Source: the human T2T-CHM13v2.0 reference genome, Homo sapiens
Reading direction: 5' to 3' (one strand)
DNA: 64,000 nucleotides
NCBI RefSeq assembly: GCF_009914755.1
Contig: NC_060935.1
How positions within the stretch are numbered: position 1 is the first letter of the stretch; the number at the start of each line of letters is the position of its first letter. Of this stretch, positions 52,244 to 62,680 are shown piece by piece. Below the pieces are notes generated by a model that saw only the letters and a program-made list of their open reading frames with translations, ran no database searches and was not told the DNA's origin. The translations under genes and the position numbers were made by a program.

Positions 52244-53001
52244 CTGCATCGATAACAGTCAGGAGCAACAGAGAGAAGACCTGAGCCTCACTTGGTACCC
52301 AGGAGACCTGGAGTGTAGGCTTGGACATCCAATCAGTTAGGGTCATTAATAGCTACCAAAGAAAGAGCCTTCTAAACAGCAGTCGCCCAAACCAAAAACA
52401 CCAAGAGCTGGCCAGGAACAGTGCCCAACCCTGGTAACGTGCCAAAACTTATCCCAAATTGCCAATAAACTCTGAATTTACCTTAAAAAAAAAAAAAAAA
52501 AAAAGACTTTTGGGGTTGAAAGAGACTTTTAAGCATTTATTGCAGTCCTTTCATCCACTGCATCCAATGTGTGGGTCTCCTTTATAATATTCTGGTTAAA
52601 GAATTTAATTAGCTTATACTCAGATACACTCAGGGGAAGGGAATTTATAATTCTCTAAGGCAGCTCATTCTATTTTCAGACAGCTCTATTGAGTTCTTCA
52701 TTGTGAAGTCAAAGTCTGCCTCCCTGAACTTCCACACCTCTGAGGAGTGGGTCAAAAGACTTCTCTCTTCCATATCATCAACCTTTAATATGTCTTAAAC
52801 AAGTTATAGAATCTCTAACTTTTCTTCTCTAGGCTAATTCCCATTCCTTCAAGGGCTCATCACCCTGCACTAGACCTAAGAAAAAGACCCAAGCTACTCT
52901 ACACCCCCTGCCCCCGAGTACTGAAGTACTTAGGAAGAATGATAGTTAAAAGGGGGTTACCCTTAAGCTAGTCTTCTTCCCAAATAATGGCGCCCACCCA
53001 C

Positions 53002-53072
53002 CTCATTGGTCCGATGCCCACAGTTCTCGCAGTTGGTAGCCATGATGATAACCTCCTTAAAGTGAGGGATTT
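53002..53072 (-). CDS. ZPR1: ZPR1 exon 9
   Basis: [24 protein letters not shown]; donor GTGGGT. Confidence 0.95.
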
Positions 53073-53478
53073 CTGGAAAACGGAGTTAAGGAAATCTACT
53101 TCCAGGCGAACAAGACCACCATCTGGGGAAAAACAAAGCCAAACCCCACACAAACATATGCTGGTCCCAGAACTGCAGGAAATATTCACAAGAGGCAGCC
53201 CACAGAGTCCTCCAGAAGAGGGCAAGTTCCCAACCCATGGCAATCCCTGTTCACACATTTGAAGGCATGGCTCAGGTCACACACACACAGCCTAGTGACC
53301 ATGGCCTAATTTTCTCTTTGAACACAAAACCCAAGGTACACAGTCTAATCAAAGATAATATCTTCCTTATCACTGGGTATAAAGCATGTGTTTTCCTTGA
53401 AAGGGATGCTCCCAGCCTGATTATAATCTTCATGCCTGAGTCAGATGAAGAGCAACCCAACTGCTTGGCAAAAGATAC
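53073..53478 (-). other. U12-type (minor spliceosome) GT-AG intron 8 of ZPR1
   Basis: 5'ss GTATCTTTT; branch site TTCCTTAAC at 53093-53085 about 12 nt from the AG; frame closes (C+AA = Gln). Confidence 0.9.
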
Positions 53479-53545
53479 GTACTAGCTTCATGTTGGTCTG
53501 AGCGGGGGCATTGCATTCTGGGCAGTTTGTGCTGAACTGGAGCAC
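53479..53545 (-). CDS. ZPR1: ZPR1 exon 8
   Basis: [22 protein letters not shown]; donor C|GTATCTTT (U12-like). Confidence 0.94.
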
Positions 53546-53722
53546 CTGGAACACAACATGAGGACAAAGGGTGAGCCCTCCCAGATGGGATGTTCAGGCT
53601 AAAGACACTCAGTTGGTATGCTAGTGGTCATCTATGTTGGTGACAAGGAAGACAGATGCTGAACAGCATCAGTCTCAGCCCACAACTCTGCTCCTTCCTC
53701 ACCAGTAGCCAATGTGACTCAC

Positions 53723-53770
53723 TTCATTTCTGAGATCTTCCTCTTCTGGCTTCTCTGCTGGTGCTTCTTC
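53723..53770 (-). CDS. ZPR1: ZPR1 exon 7 (linker)
   Basis: EEAPAEKPEEEDLRNE; ttttag| acceptor, GTGAGT donor. Confidence 0.93.
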
Positions 53771-54137
53771 CTAAAATAGCAAAGATGCAGGTCGCAAGTT
53801 GGCAGGTATACCTCAGTGTCCCCAACACCCTGCCCTGGAGTGGGAGAAATGCTCAGGTGCCACCTCATCAGTTATGTCAGGTGCCACCTCATCAGTTAGA
53901 GAAACCACAAAGTAAAGCCCCAACCAAAGGAAGAACAGGACTTAAGATAGGATCACAGCCACTGCCATCCTTTCTGTGAAGTTTACCCAAGTCCTGGACA
54001 TAAGCAAGATGAGAAGCACAAACAAGCTGAGATAGGGCACACAGAGCAGCAGCAGCAAAATAAGTTCCACTGACTCCAAGCAATCCAGAGTGCGCGATAA
54101 TTCCAGAGCATTCTTCTGGATCCTTCAGTCCACTTAC

Positions 54138-54260
54138 TTGAAGCCCCAGCATCTCTTCCTGCTGTCGGGTCCGGTTGTAGTGTGTGATCACCAGGGCATC
54201 ATCTTTCTGAGGAGCATGTGGGTTTTCCACAAAACTGTTCCCTGAGGGATCATCAATGAT
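54138..54260 (-). CDS. ZPR1: ZPR1 exon 6
   Basis: [21 protein letters not shown]...LGLQ; donor GTAAGT. Confidence 0.96.
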
Positions 54261-54419
54261 CTAACAAATGGGAGAAGAGAGAGTCACTGCAAAAGAAAAT
54301 CATAAACAATCCTACATCACCTACTATCAGACCACGCAGGCATCACAGTGGAAAATCCCAGCAGTCTTAATGGTCCCTCCTCCCCTAATCAAGGGCAACT
54401 CCAGCCTCTCAATACTCAC

Positions 54420-54506
54420 CAGAGTGAAAGGGGAGGCTACTTGCTTTAGCTCCTTCAGTTTGACAATGAACTCATCAATTCTTTCAGCTGTAGCATCTTT
54501 GTTTGC
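54420..54506 (-). CDS. ZPR1: ZPR1 exon 5
   Basis: [29 protein letters not shown]; donor GTGAGT. Confidence 0.95.
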
Positions 54507-55134
54507 CTGCCATGAACAGAGAGTAAAGCATCAGCCCTGGTGGTGTACCTTATGCCCTGCCCCTTGTCATGCCCATGTTACTTCCATTAGGAAGTCACCA
54601 CCTATCTCAGTGTGAGTGGAAACAGAGTGACTCAGGCTTCACAATGAGATGTAGCAAACAAGCCTGAAGTTGACGGGTGGTGACAGGTGAGCCTCATTTT
54701 TCTCACTCATTCAACCATTTAGCCCAGGCACTCATGCCACGTTAGAGATATAATAGTATATATATCAGTCCTCTCATGGGACTCCCCAACCAATTAAGGA
54801 GACAAATAACTAAAGATGCAGCTATAATATATTACTTCTGTCATAATAAATATAAGATGCAGTGGAATACTCAGGAAACACAGATAACCCAAGGGGATTA
54901 GGAAAGGCTCTTCAGAGGTAATGTTATATTGTCTGATGAGGCCTGAATATATACTGAGGGAGGGAAGTGGAAAAGACAATAATTATAACATATGCAACAT
55001 TCTAGCAGCTCCAGCACCACCATATGCTTACCCAGCAAGTTTCCAACACTTAGTCAGAGACTCTTCAGACACATGGGACACTCTATATAAGCAATTATTC
55101 CTTGAGCTGCTACAATCAGAAAACCCCAGCTTAC

Positions 55135-55205
55135 CCTTCGTGCAGGCTGGTCCTGCTCCAGGCCAGAGATAGCACGGGTGATCAATCCTTCAACAGTGGT
55201 CAGAG
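55135..55205 (-). CDS. ZPR1: ZPR1 exon 4
   Basis: [23 protein letters not shown]; aag| acceptor, GTAAG donor. Confidence 0.94.
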
Positions 55206-55592
55206 CTTGTGAACAAGAACAAAAGACAAGTGTGACTTAGCCTCAGCTCTGCTATCAAGTCCCTGTATGACCCTGGGCAATTCACTTGAACTCTCTGGGT
55301 CTTAATTTCCTCATCTGTAAAATGAGAAGGCCAGGTGCAAGGTTCCATTCATGTCTGATAATAGTGATGCTAAAATTCTACAATAAACACACTATGGTAT
55401 TACCATTACTTTCTACCATCTCGAGCTGTTTTACCTAAGCTTTCCACTCATGATTAACTAATGAAGATTACAATGATTACATGGTAGAACCCATACACAA
55501 ACCACTAGACCTGGCACCAGGGGGTTTTGCAAGAAAGAGGGTAAGATTCTAGCTACATGCGAACAGCCCAAATACTCTGATCTTAAACTTAC

Positions 55593-55683
55593 CTCCTTTC
55601 TGGCTAAAGGCAGGAATTTCAAAATCTAGCTCAGGAATCCTTGTGGCAGCAGAGTCAGTCTTCACCACTTCTCTGTTCATGTC
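55593..55683 (-). CDS. ZPR1: ZPR1 exon 3
   Basis: [30 protein letters not shown]; donor GTAAG. Confidence 0.95.
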
Positions 55684-56105
55684 CTGGGAAGAAAAGAATA
55701 CGTTCAGTACAAAGAGACTGCAGAACAGCTTCTCCTCAAGTAATAACCAGACCGTCCCCTTCCATCAGACCGCAGCCCAGCTGTCTCTCCCTCTCGCCAC
55801 TCCACAGGGTCCAGACTGCTCCTTTCGAATAGTACAGGTGGTGTGAGCCAGGCTGTCCAAATGGTGAGAATACTATTCATAACAACTACTGCTCATTTCA
55901 TACCCTCAGACAACATTTACAAAGCATTTTCACAAATCTTATCTCACTTGAGCTGATGACAACACCAGTACCATTTTACAAAAGAAACTAAGGCTAGGAG
56001 ACATAGGGGGATTTATTTAAGATCCGACCGCCTGGACCAGAGCTCTGACCCCAGTACCGAATCTCTCTCTAGAATACTGAGGTACCTGCTCTGAGGTCCT
56101 CTCAC

Positions 56106-56267
56106 CTCCAGAGCCCTGACAGACAAAGTGTAGCGCACTCCCTGGTCCTGGATCCTGCCTGCCGACTGGATCTCCGTGTTGTTCCAGCCACAGTGCTCGC
56201 AGGAAAAGGAGCTCACTATTATTTCTCTGAAGAAGGGAATCTTGGTGAGCAGGAGGCGCGTCATGCC
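56106..56267 (-). CDS. ZPR1: ZPR1 exon 2
   Basis: [28 protein letters not shown]...ALE; cag| and |GTGAG boundaries. Confidence 0.96.
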
Positions 56268-56299
56268 CTGGTGAAGTAGAAAGTAGCTAAGGAAAAAAA

Positions 56300-57060
56300 T
56301 CAATGAAACTCCCTTTCCCCGCCCTACTATCTCCGGGCGCTCCTCGGGGTCCCCGGCCGGGCCCACCTGGCTGGGTCTGACCCCCGGCTCGTCCCGGCAC
56401 AAGCCCTACCCACCCGCCGCTCGCGGCCGCGCCCCCGCCTCACATTGCAGTAACAGTTCATGCATAGCGACTCGATCTCGGTGGGCTGCTGCTCCTCGTC
56501 CTCGGCGCTGATGGGCCGGAACAGGTGATCAGGGGCAGGCGGCGGGGCCGGGGCGGGCGACGGGGCGACGGCAGCCCCCGGGGGCCCTGGTTCCACAGCC
56601 CCGCTGGCCGCCATGGCCACCACGCGCAATTCAGACCTCGGCTTCCTACTTCCGCCGCTCTCGCGGCCCCACCCCTCTCCCGTCACTTCCGCCAGCTGCC
56701 ACCACCCCAAAAAAAGCCGCAGACTCCGGGCACTCGGGGAACAATGTCGTCAAGGGCTCCCGGTTCCCGGGTTTATATGGCTCGAACCTTACATCGCCAG
56801 CCGGATCCACCTCAACTCAGCCGTCACTTCCCCTAAGACGTCCTCTTAGAACCAGGGCACTTTTTTGCTCCTTCACAATAGCTCCACCGCACGGGGTTCT
56901 ATTGGTCCCTACGTCGGTCTACAAGAGCCTTGACGACAAGGGGCTGGACTTGTCCCTGAGGAATCCCTGAGAAGGTGCGCCCGGAGCCGGGCTGCTTGGT
57001 TCCAGTGTTGGGCCACATACTGCTTGCGTGCTAGGTCGCCCCTCCGGGTGGCTCAGCCTC
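56300..57060. promoter_or_regulatory. ZPR1 CpG-island promoter with tandem ETS (ACTTCCG) motifs
   Basis: CpG-dense; acttccg at about 56648 and 56686; CCAAT on the minus strand near 56901. Confidence 0.85.
56444..56614 (-). CDS. ZPR1: ZPR1 exon 1
   Basis: gccATGG; [10 protein letters not shown]...[11 protein letters not shown]; donor GTGAGG. Confidence 0.96.
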
Positions 57061-58004
57061 TTCCCCTCTCTCACAATCCCTGAATCCCTCTGTCCCTTTC
57101 TGTTCTTCCCACTCCCTATTCTGTCCTCATCACTACCTTCCCCAATCCCAGCCTCAAGTACACAGCCCTCATTTTCACTCCTACCTCCTCATCCCCATCA
57201 TAGCCCTTGACCTATGCTTTTCCAGTTTCCTAACAACAACAAAAACACCTTTTATTATTTCTACCTTTCTAGCACTTCCTCTCTCCAGGTGCTGGGTCCA
57301 CAACCCAGTTCTGTTGCCAACATTGTCAAAATCCACGGTGTCAGGGAAGACCAGCCTGCAGGCATGATGAGCCTACATATGTGTGGGGTCTGTGCTATGG
57401 GGTTGGGGAGCAGGCAGGTGCTGAGAACCCGGGGACAGTAGGCTGAGCTGGGAGGAAAGGGGGCCGGACAGGGAAGTCCAAAGACAAGGAGCTGTGTTTA
57501 CCCTTTCCACGTCCTCCACCACACCCCAGTTTCAGTTCCCAGGGGATCTATAGGGAGCATTGGTGCCCCTGAGTGAGGGGAGTCCCCAGAAGAGAGTCCG
57601 GCATAAAAAGAGGCCATTCAAACTCTAGAACAGCAGGAACAAAGGAGGCAGCCCACCTCAGGAATCTTAGGTCCACCAGGGCCACAGCTCTTCCAGACAC
57701 AGCCTGCATTCCATGCACAGTGTCCTGTGGGGGAGCAGGCTAGTGAACAGTGCAGGTGCAGAGGAAGGGCCCGTAACCCAGGCCCTCCTGCCAGGTGTGA
57801 CAGACAGCCGTTGTCTAGCCAGGATCCCTGAAGCAGAGCCCAGCCAGACCCCCTTTGACAGACCTGGACTGGGAGTGGGTGGATGAGAAAGAGCAGCAAG
57901 GGAATGGAGTGGGTGATGGGTGTGCTTTGGGGATAGTGGTGAGGCCACTGCTTTCAGACATGGTCCAAATGAGAGTCACGCCAGGCAAACTTCTATCATA
58001 AACA

Positions 58005-58015
58005 TCTATTTCATT
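58005..58015 (-). terminator. probable non-canonical APOA5 poly(A) signals (AATGAA / AATAGA)
   Basis: I saw no AATAAA between the stop and 57256; overlapping variant hexamers sit about 740 nt after the stop. Confidence 0.55.
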
Positions 58016-58751
58016 TGAGCCAGAAGTCTAGGCTTCAACTTGGGAACCCAGAGGGAGGGGCTGGAGATGGGGAGAGCACACAGTATGCTCCCCAGAGGGT
58101 TTAAGGAGCTCCCACAGTTGGGAGGGTTCAGTCCCTTATTTAGGTGTAGAGCTATGTCAGGAAACATGGGCTCTGCCCTCTCCTATCACAGCCCACACCT
58201 TTCGTACCCACCAGCATCAGAGCCAGCAGGGATATTCACACACCATCACATGTTCTCCCCATGATATTCTCTTTCTCCCTTCTATTCCCCTGATAGCTGC
58301 CATGGCAGCCCTGGGGAGACAAGTGCTCCTCTCTGTGGACCAGCTGTAGCAGTGGCCACCAGGCAGCCAGAAGTGACTAGAGCCAAACTCCAGGATGTAG
58401 TGGCACAGGCTTCCAGCATCACGGCAAACAGGCTTGCAGATAATCACCCACATGCATGGTGCCTCTCCCTCCCTACTCCCTCACCCTTGAATGGAGTAAC
58501 TCATGAGCATTCCCAAATGAGCACTGGGAGGCTGGGTTTGCAAAGCCTGGTGAATGTAATGCATCCAGATTGGGGAGTCGCAGGAGGCTGGATATGCAGG
58601 AGACAGCAGCCCCTTTGGTGGCCTCCCTGTCCTGCACAGGACCTTCCACCCTCCACCCAACAGGCCACTTTCAAGGACTGAACCATGCTAGAGGCTCAGA
58701 GCCAAGGCTCCCCAGACAAGGAGCTGGGAATGGGCCTGGGCAGGTAGATCC

Positions 58752-59691
58752 TCAGGGGTCCCCCAGATGGCTGTGGCCCTGGTCATGAAGGCTGTGAGTG
58801 ATGTCTTCCCACAGGTCATCCAGACGGGCCTGCAGCTTGCTCAGAACCTTGCCACTGTCTGTTTGTTGAAACTCTGGGGCGAAGGCACTGTGGCCTGGTG
58901 GAGGTGGCGCCAGCTGCTGCTGGACCTCCTCAGTCTCCTGGTCGATGGCGCGAGTGAAGGCAGCTATCTGCAGGTAGGTGTCCTGGCGGAAAGCCTGAAG
59001 TCGCTGGCGCACCTCCTCGGAGAGCATCTGGGGGTCCGGGCCGGCCCCTTCCTCAGTCCCAGTGCCTGCAAAGGCTCTGCTGAGCTCTTCGCGCAGCTGG
59101 TCCAGGTTCTGCTGGATGCGTGCGTGCAGGGCCTTGGCCTTGAGCGTGAGCTTCCGGGAGAGCACCTGCACGCAGCGACTGAGGCGCGCGGGGCTGGCGG
59201 GGGCGTGCGGAGCCACACTGCGGTGCAGCTCCTGCACGTGGCGCCCGATGCCGCTCACCAGGCTCTCGGCGTATGGGTGGAAGAGCTCTTTGAAGCGGCC
59301 GGTGTGGTGCACCACGCGGCTCTGCAGTCCCTGCAGCAAAGCCCAAGCCTCGTCCACGCCCCCCAGCAACTGGGCCTTGGTGTCTTCCCCCACCACGCGC
59401 AACTGCTCCTGCAGCTCCTGCACGCGCAGGGCCACCTGCTCCATCAGATCCATCGTGTAGGGCTTCAGTTGCTGCCGCAAGCCCTCCAAATTCCAGCCCA
59501 CCAGCTCGTGCGCCTCTGCCATGTAGGGCTGGAGGCGAGCCTTCACCTCCTCCAACTCCTCCTGCAGCTGCCGCCGCATGCCCACCGGGTCCTGTGGGAG
59601 CCGAGGAGCCTCGCTCCCACTCAGAGGCCTCAGCTTTTCCAGGAACTTGTTCATATTGTTGAGGTCTTGCTCAAGGCTGTCTTTCAGGGTC
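58752..59691 (-). CDS. APOA5: APOA5 last exon, coding part (amphipathic helical repeats)
   Basis: ctccag|GACCCTG; [23 protein letters not shown]...[12 protein letters not shown]; 49+112+940 = 1101 nt. Confidence 0.98.
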
Positions 59692-60209
59692 CTGGAGAAG
59701 GGGACAGATATCCAGGCCGTCAGACTGCTAGCCCCCATCATCTCCTTTGTCCCCAAGTCATCGCGCACTGATCCTCTGGGGGAACCAAGGACGCAGGGCG
59801 TTGGCCCCAGGGTCGAGGGCTCTTGTCCTAGCCCTGGCCAGTAACAACTCACGCACGAAGCACAAACACATTGCCCATACAAATCCAGACCTACAACACT
59901 CTCCAAAGAAACATAGATGCGCCACATCATCCTTTGATTCTGGGGACTGCAGCGGGCGTCCTCCCGATTGATCCCAGGTCCCGCGCCTCAGTGAGCAAGG
60001 GGGCAACAGCTACGGAGTTGTCAAGGCGGGGGCTGCAGGCAGAGGGCGCTAAAGAGCCCAGGATGGCCGGGATCTGCAGACAGAGCTAGCACCGCTCCTT
60101 TCCTCTGTCCCAGCAGCGGCCACAGAGGTTGAGGCAGCAGAGGCAGGTCATCATGGCATGGCCCAGCTGTCTCCTCCCTTCGCCTACACCCCTTCCCCTG
60201 GGCACTCAC

Positions 60210-60321
60210 GCGGGCTCGCGAGCCATCTTCTGCTGATGGATCTGCTCCACCCTGCCTTTGTCCCCGCTGGTCTGGCTGAAGTAGTCCCAGAAGCCTTTCC
60301 GTGCCTGGGTGGCCGAAAACG
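60210..60321 (-). CDS. APOA5: APOA5 exon 3
   Basis: FSATQARKGFWDYFSQTSGDKGRVEQIHQQKMAREP; donor GC|GTGAGT. Confidence 0.97.
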
Positions 60322-60435
60322 CTGTGGAGAGGGACTAGGTAATCAGGGCCTGGGCTCTCCTCCCCCAGGGTGGACAGGGCCCTCTGGCCAGCCTCCACCC
60401 ACACCCCCACGTTGAAGTCAGGGTCGGAGACCCAC

Positions 60436-60484
60436 CTGAAAGAAGAGCCAGAGCCCAGGTGAGCACGGCAGCCATGCTTGCCAT
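60436..60484 (-). CDS. APOA5: APOA5 exon 2, coding part (signal peptide start)
   Basis: MASMAAVLTWALALLS; donor G|GTGGGT. Confidence 0.97.
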
Positions 60485-61003
60485 TATCTGCTCTGAGAAG
60501 ACAGGTGGAGGGAGGCCTGGTTAGGGGAAGAAGGAGACGAAGGGACATGGCGCAGGGGACTTGCCCAGGGGGCCTCTGCAGGGGCAACTGCCCGAAATCC
60601 TGTTACCCCTTCCTTGGGCTGGGGAGCACAGAGCTGTTGGGGCTCAAGAGGACTGACCTAGGTGAGTCAAGGAGGCTAGGGTGTCTTCCTCAGACATGGG
60701 AAGAGGGCGTGCTCTTGCTACCTCAGTCACATAGCAGGGAGCGTGGTGCTCTAACCCCTTCGCAAAGGTCCCAGACCCCAGGAACAGTTCTCTAGGCCAC
60801 TTCTACCACCTCTCCCCTGCCCACCTGTCTCCCTCCCTCCCATTTCATGGTGGAAAAACTGAGCCATAATGAGGGCGAAGAGGCAACTCTGCCAAAATGT
60901 TCCAAGAGGACGTCTTAGGGGCCACCCCAGGCTCTCCCCTGAGGCCACCTGCAATGCCCTCCCTTAGGACTGTGACCCCCATCCCTCTGCCCCAGCTGCT
61001 CAC

Positions 61004-61015
61004 CTGCTCACGTCT
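61004..61015 (-). other. APOA5: APOA5 non-coding micro-exon 1 (~12 nt)
   Basis: AGACGTGAGCAG|GTGAGC donor, about 25-30 nt downstream of TATAAA. Confidence 0.75.
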
Positions 61016-61039
61016 GGGCACAGAGAGCAGACATTCTGC

Positions 61040-61045
61040 TTTATA
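61040..61045 (-). promoter_or_regulatory. APOA5 TATA box
   Basis: TATAAAG on the minus strand. Confidence 0.85.
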
Positions 61046-61090
61046 CTCCAGGGCCCTGAGCCTCTGGCACCAATTGCTCTGAGTAAATAC

Positions 61091-61096
61091 CACGTG
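61091..61096. promoter_or_regulatory. E-box CACGTG (USF-type) in the APOA5 promoter
   Basis: Motif seen at about -76 to -81; matches the known USF site as I recall it. Confidence 0.8.
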
Positions 61097-61098
61097 GA

Positions 61099-61118
61099 AG
61101 TTCAAAAGAAGTTGACCT
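61099..61118. promoter_or_regulatory. IR8 nuclear-receptor element (FXR-type)
   Basis: AGTTCA-aaagaagt-TGACCT. Confidence 0.8.
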
Positions 61119-61273
61119 CAGCTGCCTCCCAGCACTCACCTCCTGCCCTTTCCCTGGCACCCAGAGGGTTAATGAGTGCCCTGGTATCAGGGGCTGCCCC
61201 AGTAGAGAAGTGCTTCCCAGGAGCTTTACGGGGGATGGGGCTGAACTCCTCACCCAGTTTCTCCCAAACCCCA

Positions 61274-61286
61274 TGACCTTTAACCT
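61274..61286 (-). promoter_or_regulatory. DR1 PPAR response element
   Basis: AGGTTA-A-AGGTCA on the minus strand, about -271 to -259 from the inferred TSS. Confidence 0.85.
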
Positions 61287-62034
61287 TCCCACTGACCTGC
61301 TGGCTGGCCCACCAACAGAGAAGAACCTGTTTGTCTGCCAAGGGCCCCTCTCTTACACAACTACCCAGAGTCACTGTGTCCCAGCCGGCAAGATGGACAG
61401 TGTTCACCTACCAGCCAGAACCCGAGCAGCCCCTGAAAGCTTCACTACAGGTTCCGCAGGCATCCTCAGCCAGCATTCATAGGGTTAAAGACCAACCACA
61501 TCCCTCTTTATGAAACAATCCTGGAACAAGCAAGGGAAGCCAGGCAGGGTGAAGATGAGATGGCAAGAGGCATCTGGGCCAGAGACTCTGAGCCCCAGGA
61601 ACTGGAGCGAAAGTAAGATTTGCCCCATGAGGAAAAGCTGAACTCCACTCGCAGGGCCTCTGAGGAGAGCAAGCCCAAATGCTCAGATCTTCTCTGATGA
61701 CACACCCACTCCGTCTACAGTACTCATACACACGTTCACAAGCTCCCGATTCTTGGTCCTAAATGCATCTTGAATCAATCCCCTCTCCTCCATTTCCACT
61801 ACCATCATTGCACCAGTTGTCTGTCACCTTGATTGCATTCATAGCCTCCAACAGGTCTTTCTACCACACTCCTGCCCATTTAATTCATCCTCCACTGTGG
61901 CTCATCCTGACTCATTTCCAGTCTCATCTGCTGCCACATAAAACCACAGCATTCCCTGAGCCTTTATACAGGCTTCCCTCTGCTTGAAATAGCCTATCCC
62001 CTGGTGAATATATATTCATTTTTTAGAGTTAGTT

Positions 62035-62680
62035 TGTATTAGTTAGAATTAGACTTGGCTGCAAGGGACATATATATGTGTGTATATATATACACACACA
62101 CATGTATATTTTATATTCTTGCATACATATATGTATATATATGTGTGTGTGTATATATACACATATATATATACAAGATACTGCTCTTACCACTCATACT
62201 GACATCCCATTGGCCACAAGTTAGTCACATGGCTACACTTAGCTGATATATATGTGTATATATATATGCAAGAGAATAGCTTAAACAAAATGGAGTCTTA
62301 TTTCCTTCTCATGTAAATGTAGGCCAGCTCGGGCTGCTTTTATCTTGTTGCACTATTATCATCAACAAGACGCTCATATCCAAGTTCCAGCTGCTTCACC
62401 TCCAGCTACCAAGTTCACCTCCCAGGGAACAGGAAGGAGGAAAAGGAGAAGGACATGTTCCTTCCTTTTAAAGACACATCCCAGATATTGCCATTACCAC
62501 TTGTACTGACATCCCATTGGCCACAACTTAGTCACATGGCTACACTTAGCTGAAAAGGAGGCTGGGAAATATAGTTTTTATTTTGGATGGCTGTATGCCT
62601 AGCTGAAAAAGGACTCTATTACTCAGGAAGAAGAGAAGAAAGGATTTGAGGGAACAGTAGTAGCCCCTGCTACACAGCTC
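62035..62680. mobile_element. MLT1J/K-like LTR containing a (TA/TG)n microsatellite (62069-62268)
   Basis: cattggccacaacttagtcacatggc...gaggctgggaaatatagt motif. Confidence 0.65.

Noticed and set aside
58767-59771. 334-aa + strand ORF antisense to APOA5
   Set aside because: It is the codon-aligned mirror of a GC3-rich exon lacking TTA/CTA/TCA codons, has no ATG at the called start, and is the expected shadow ORF.
60021-60587. 188-aa minus ORF across APOA5 exons 2-3
   Set aside because: It is out of frame with ApoA-V, runs through introns, has a non-ATG start, and is consistent with chance in GC-rich DNA.
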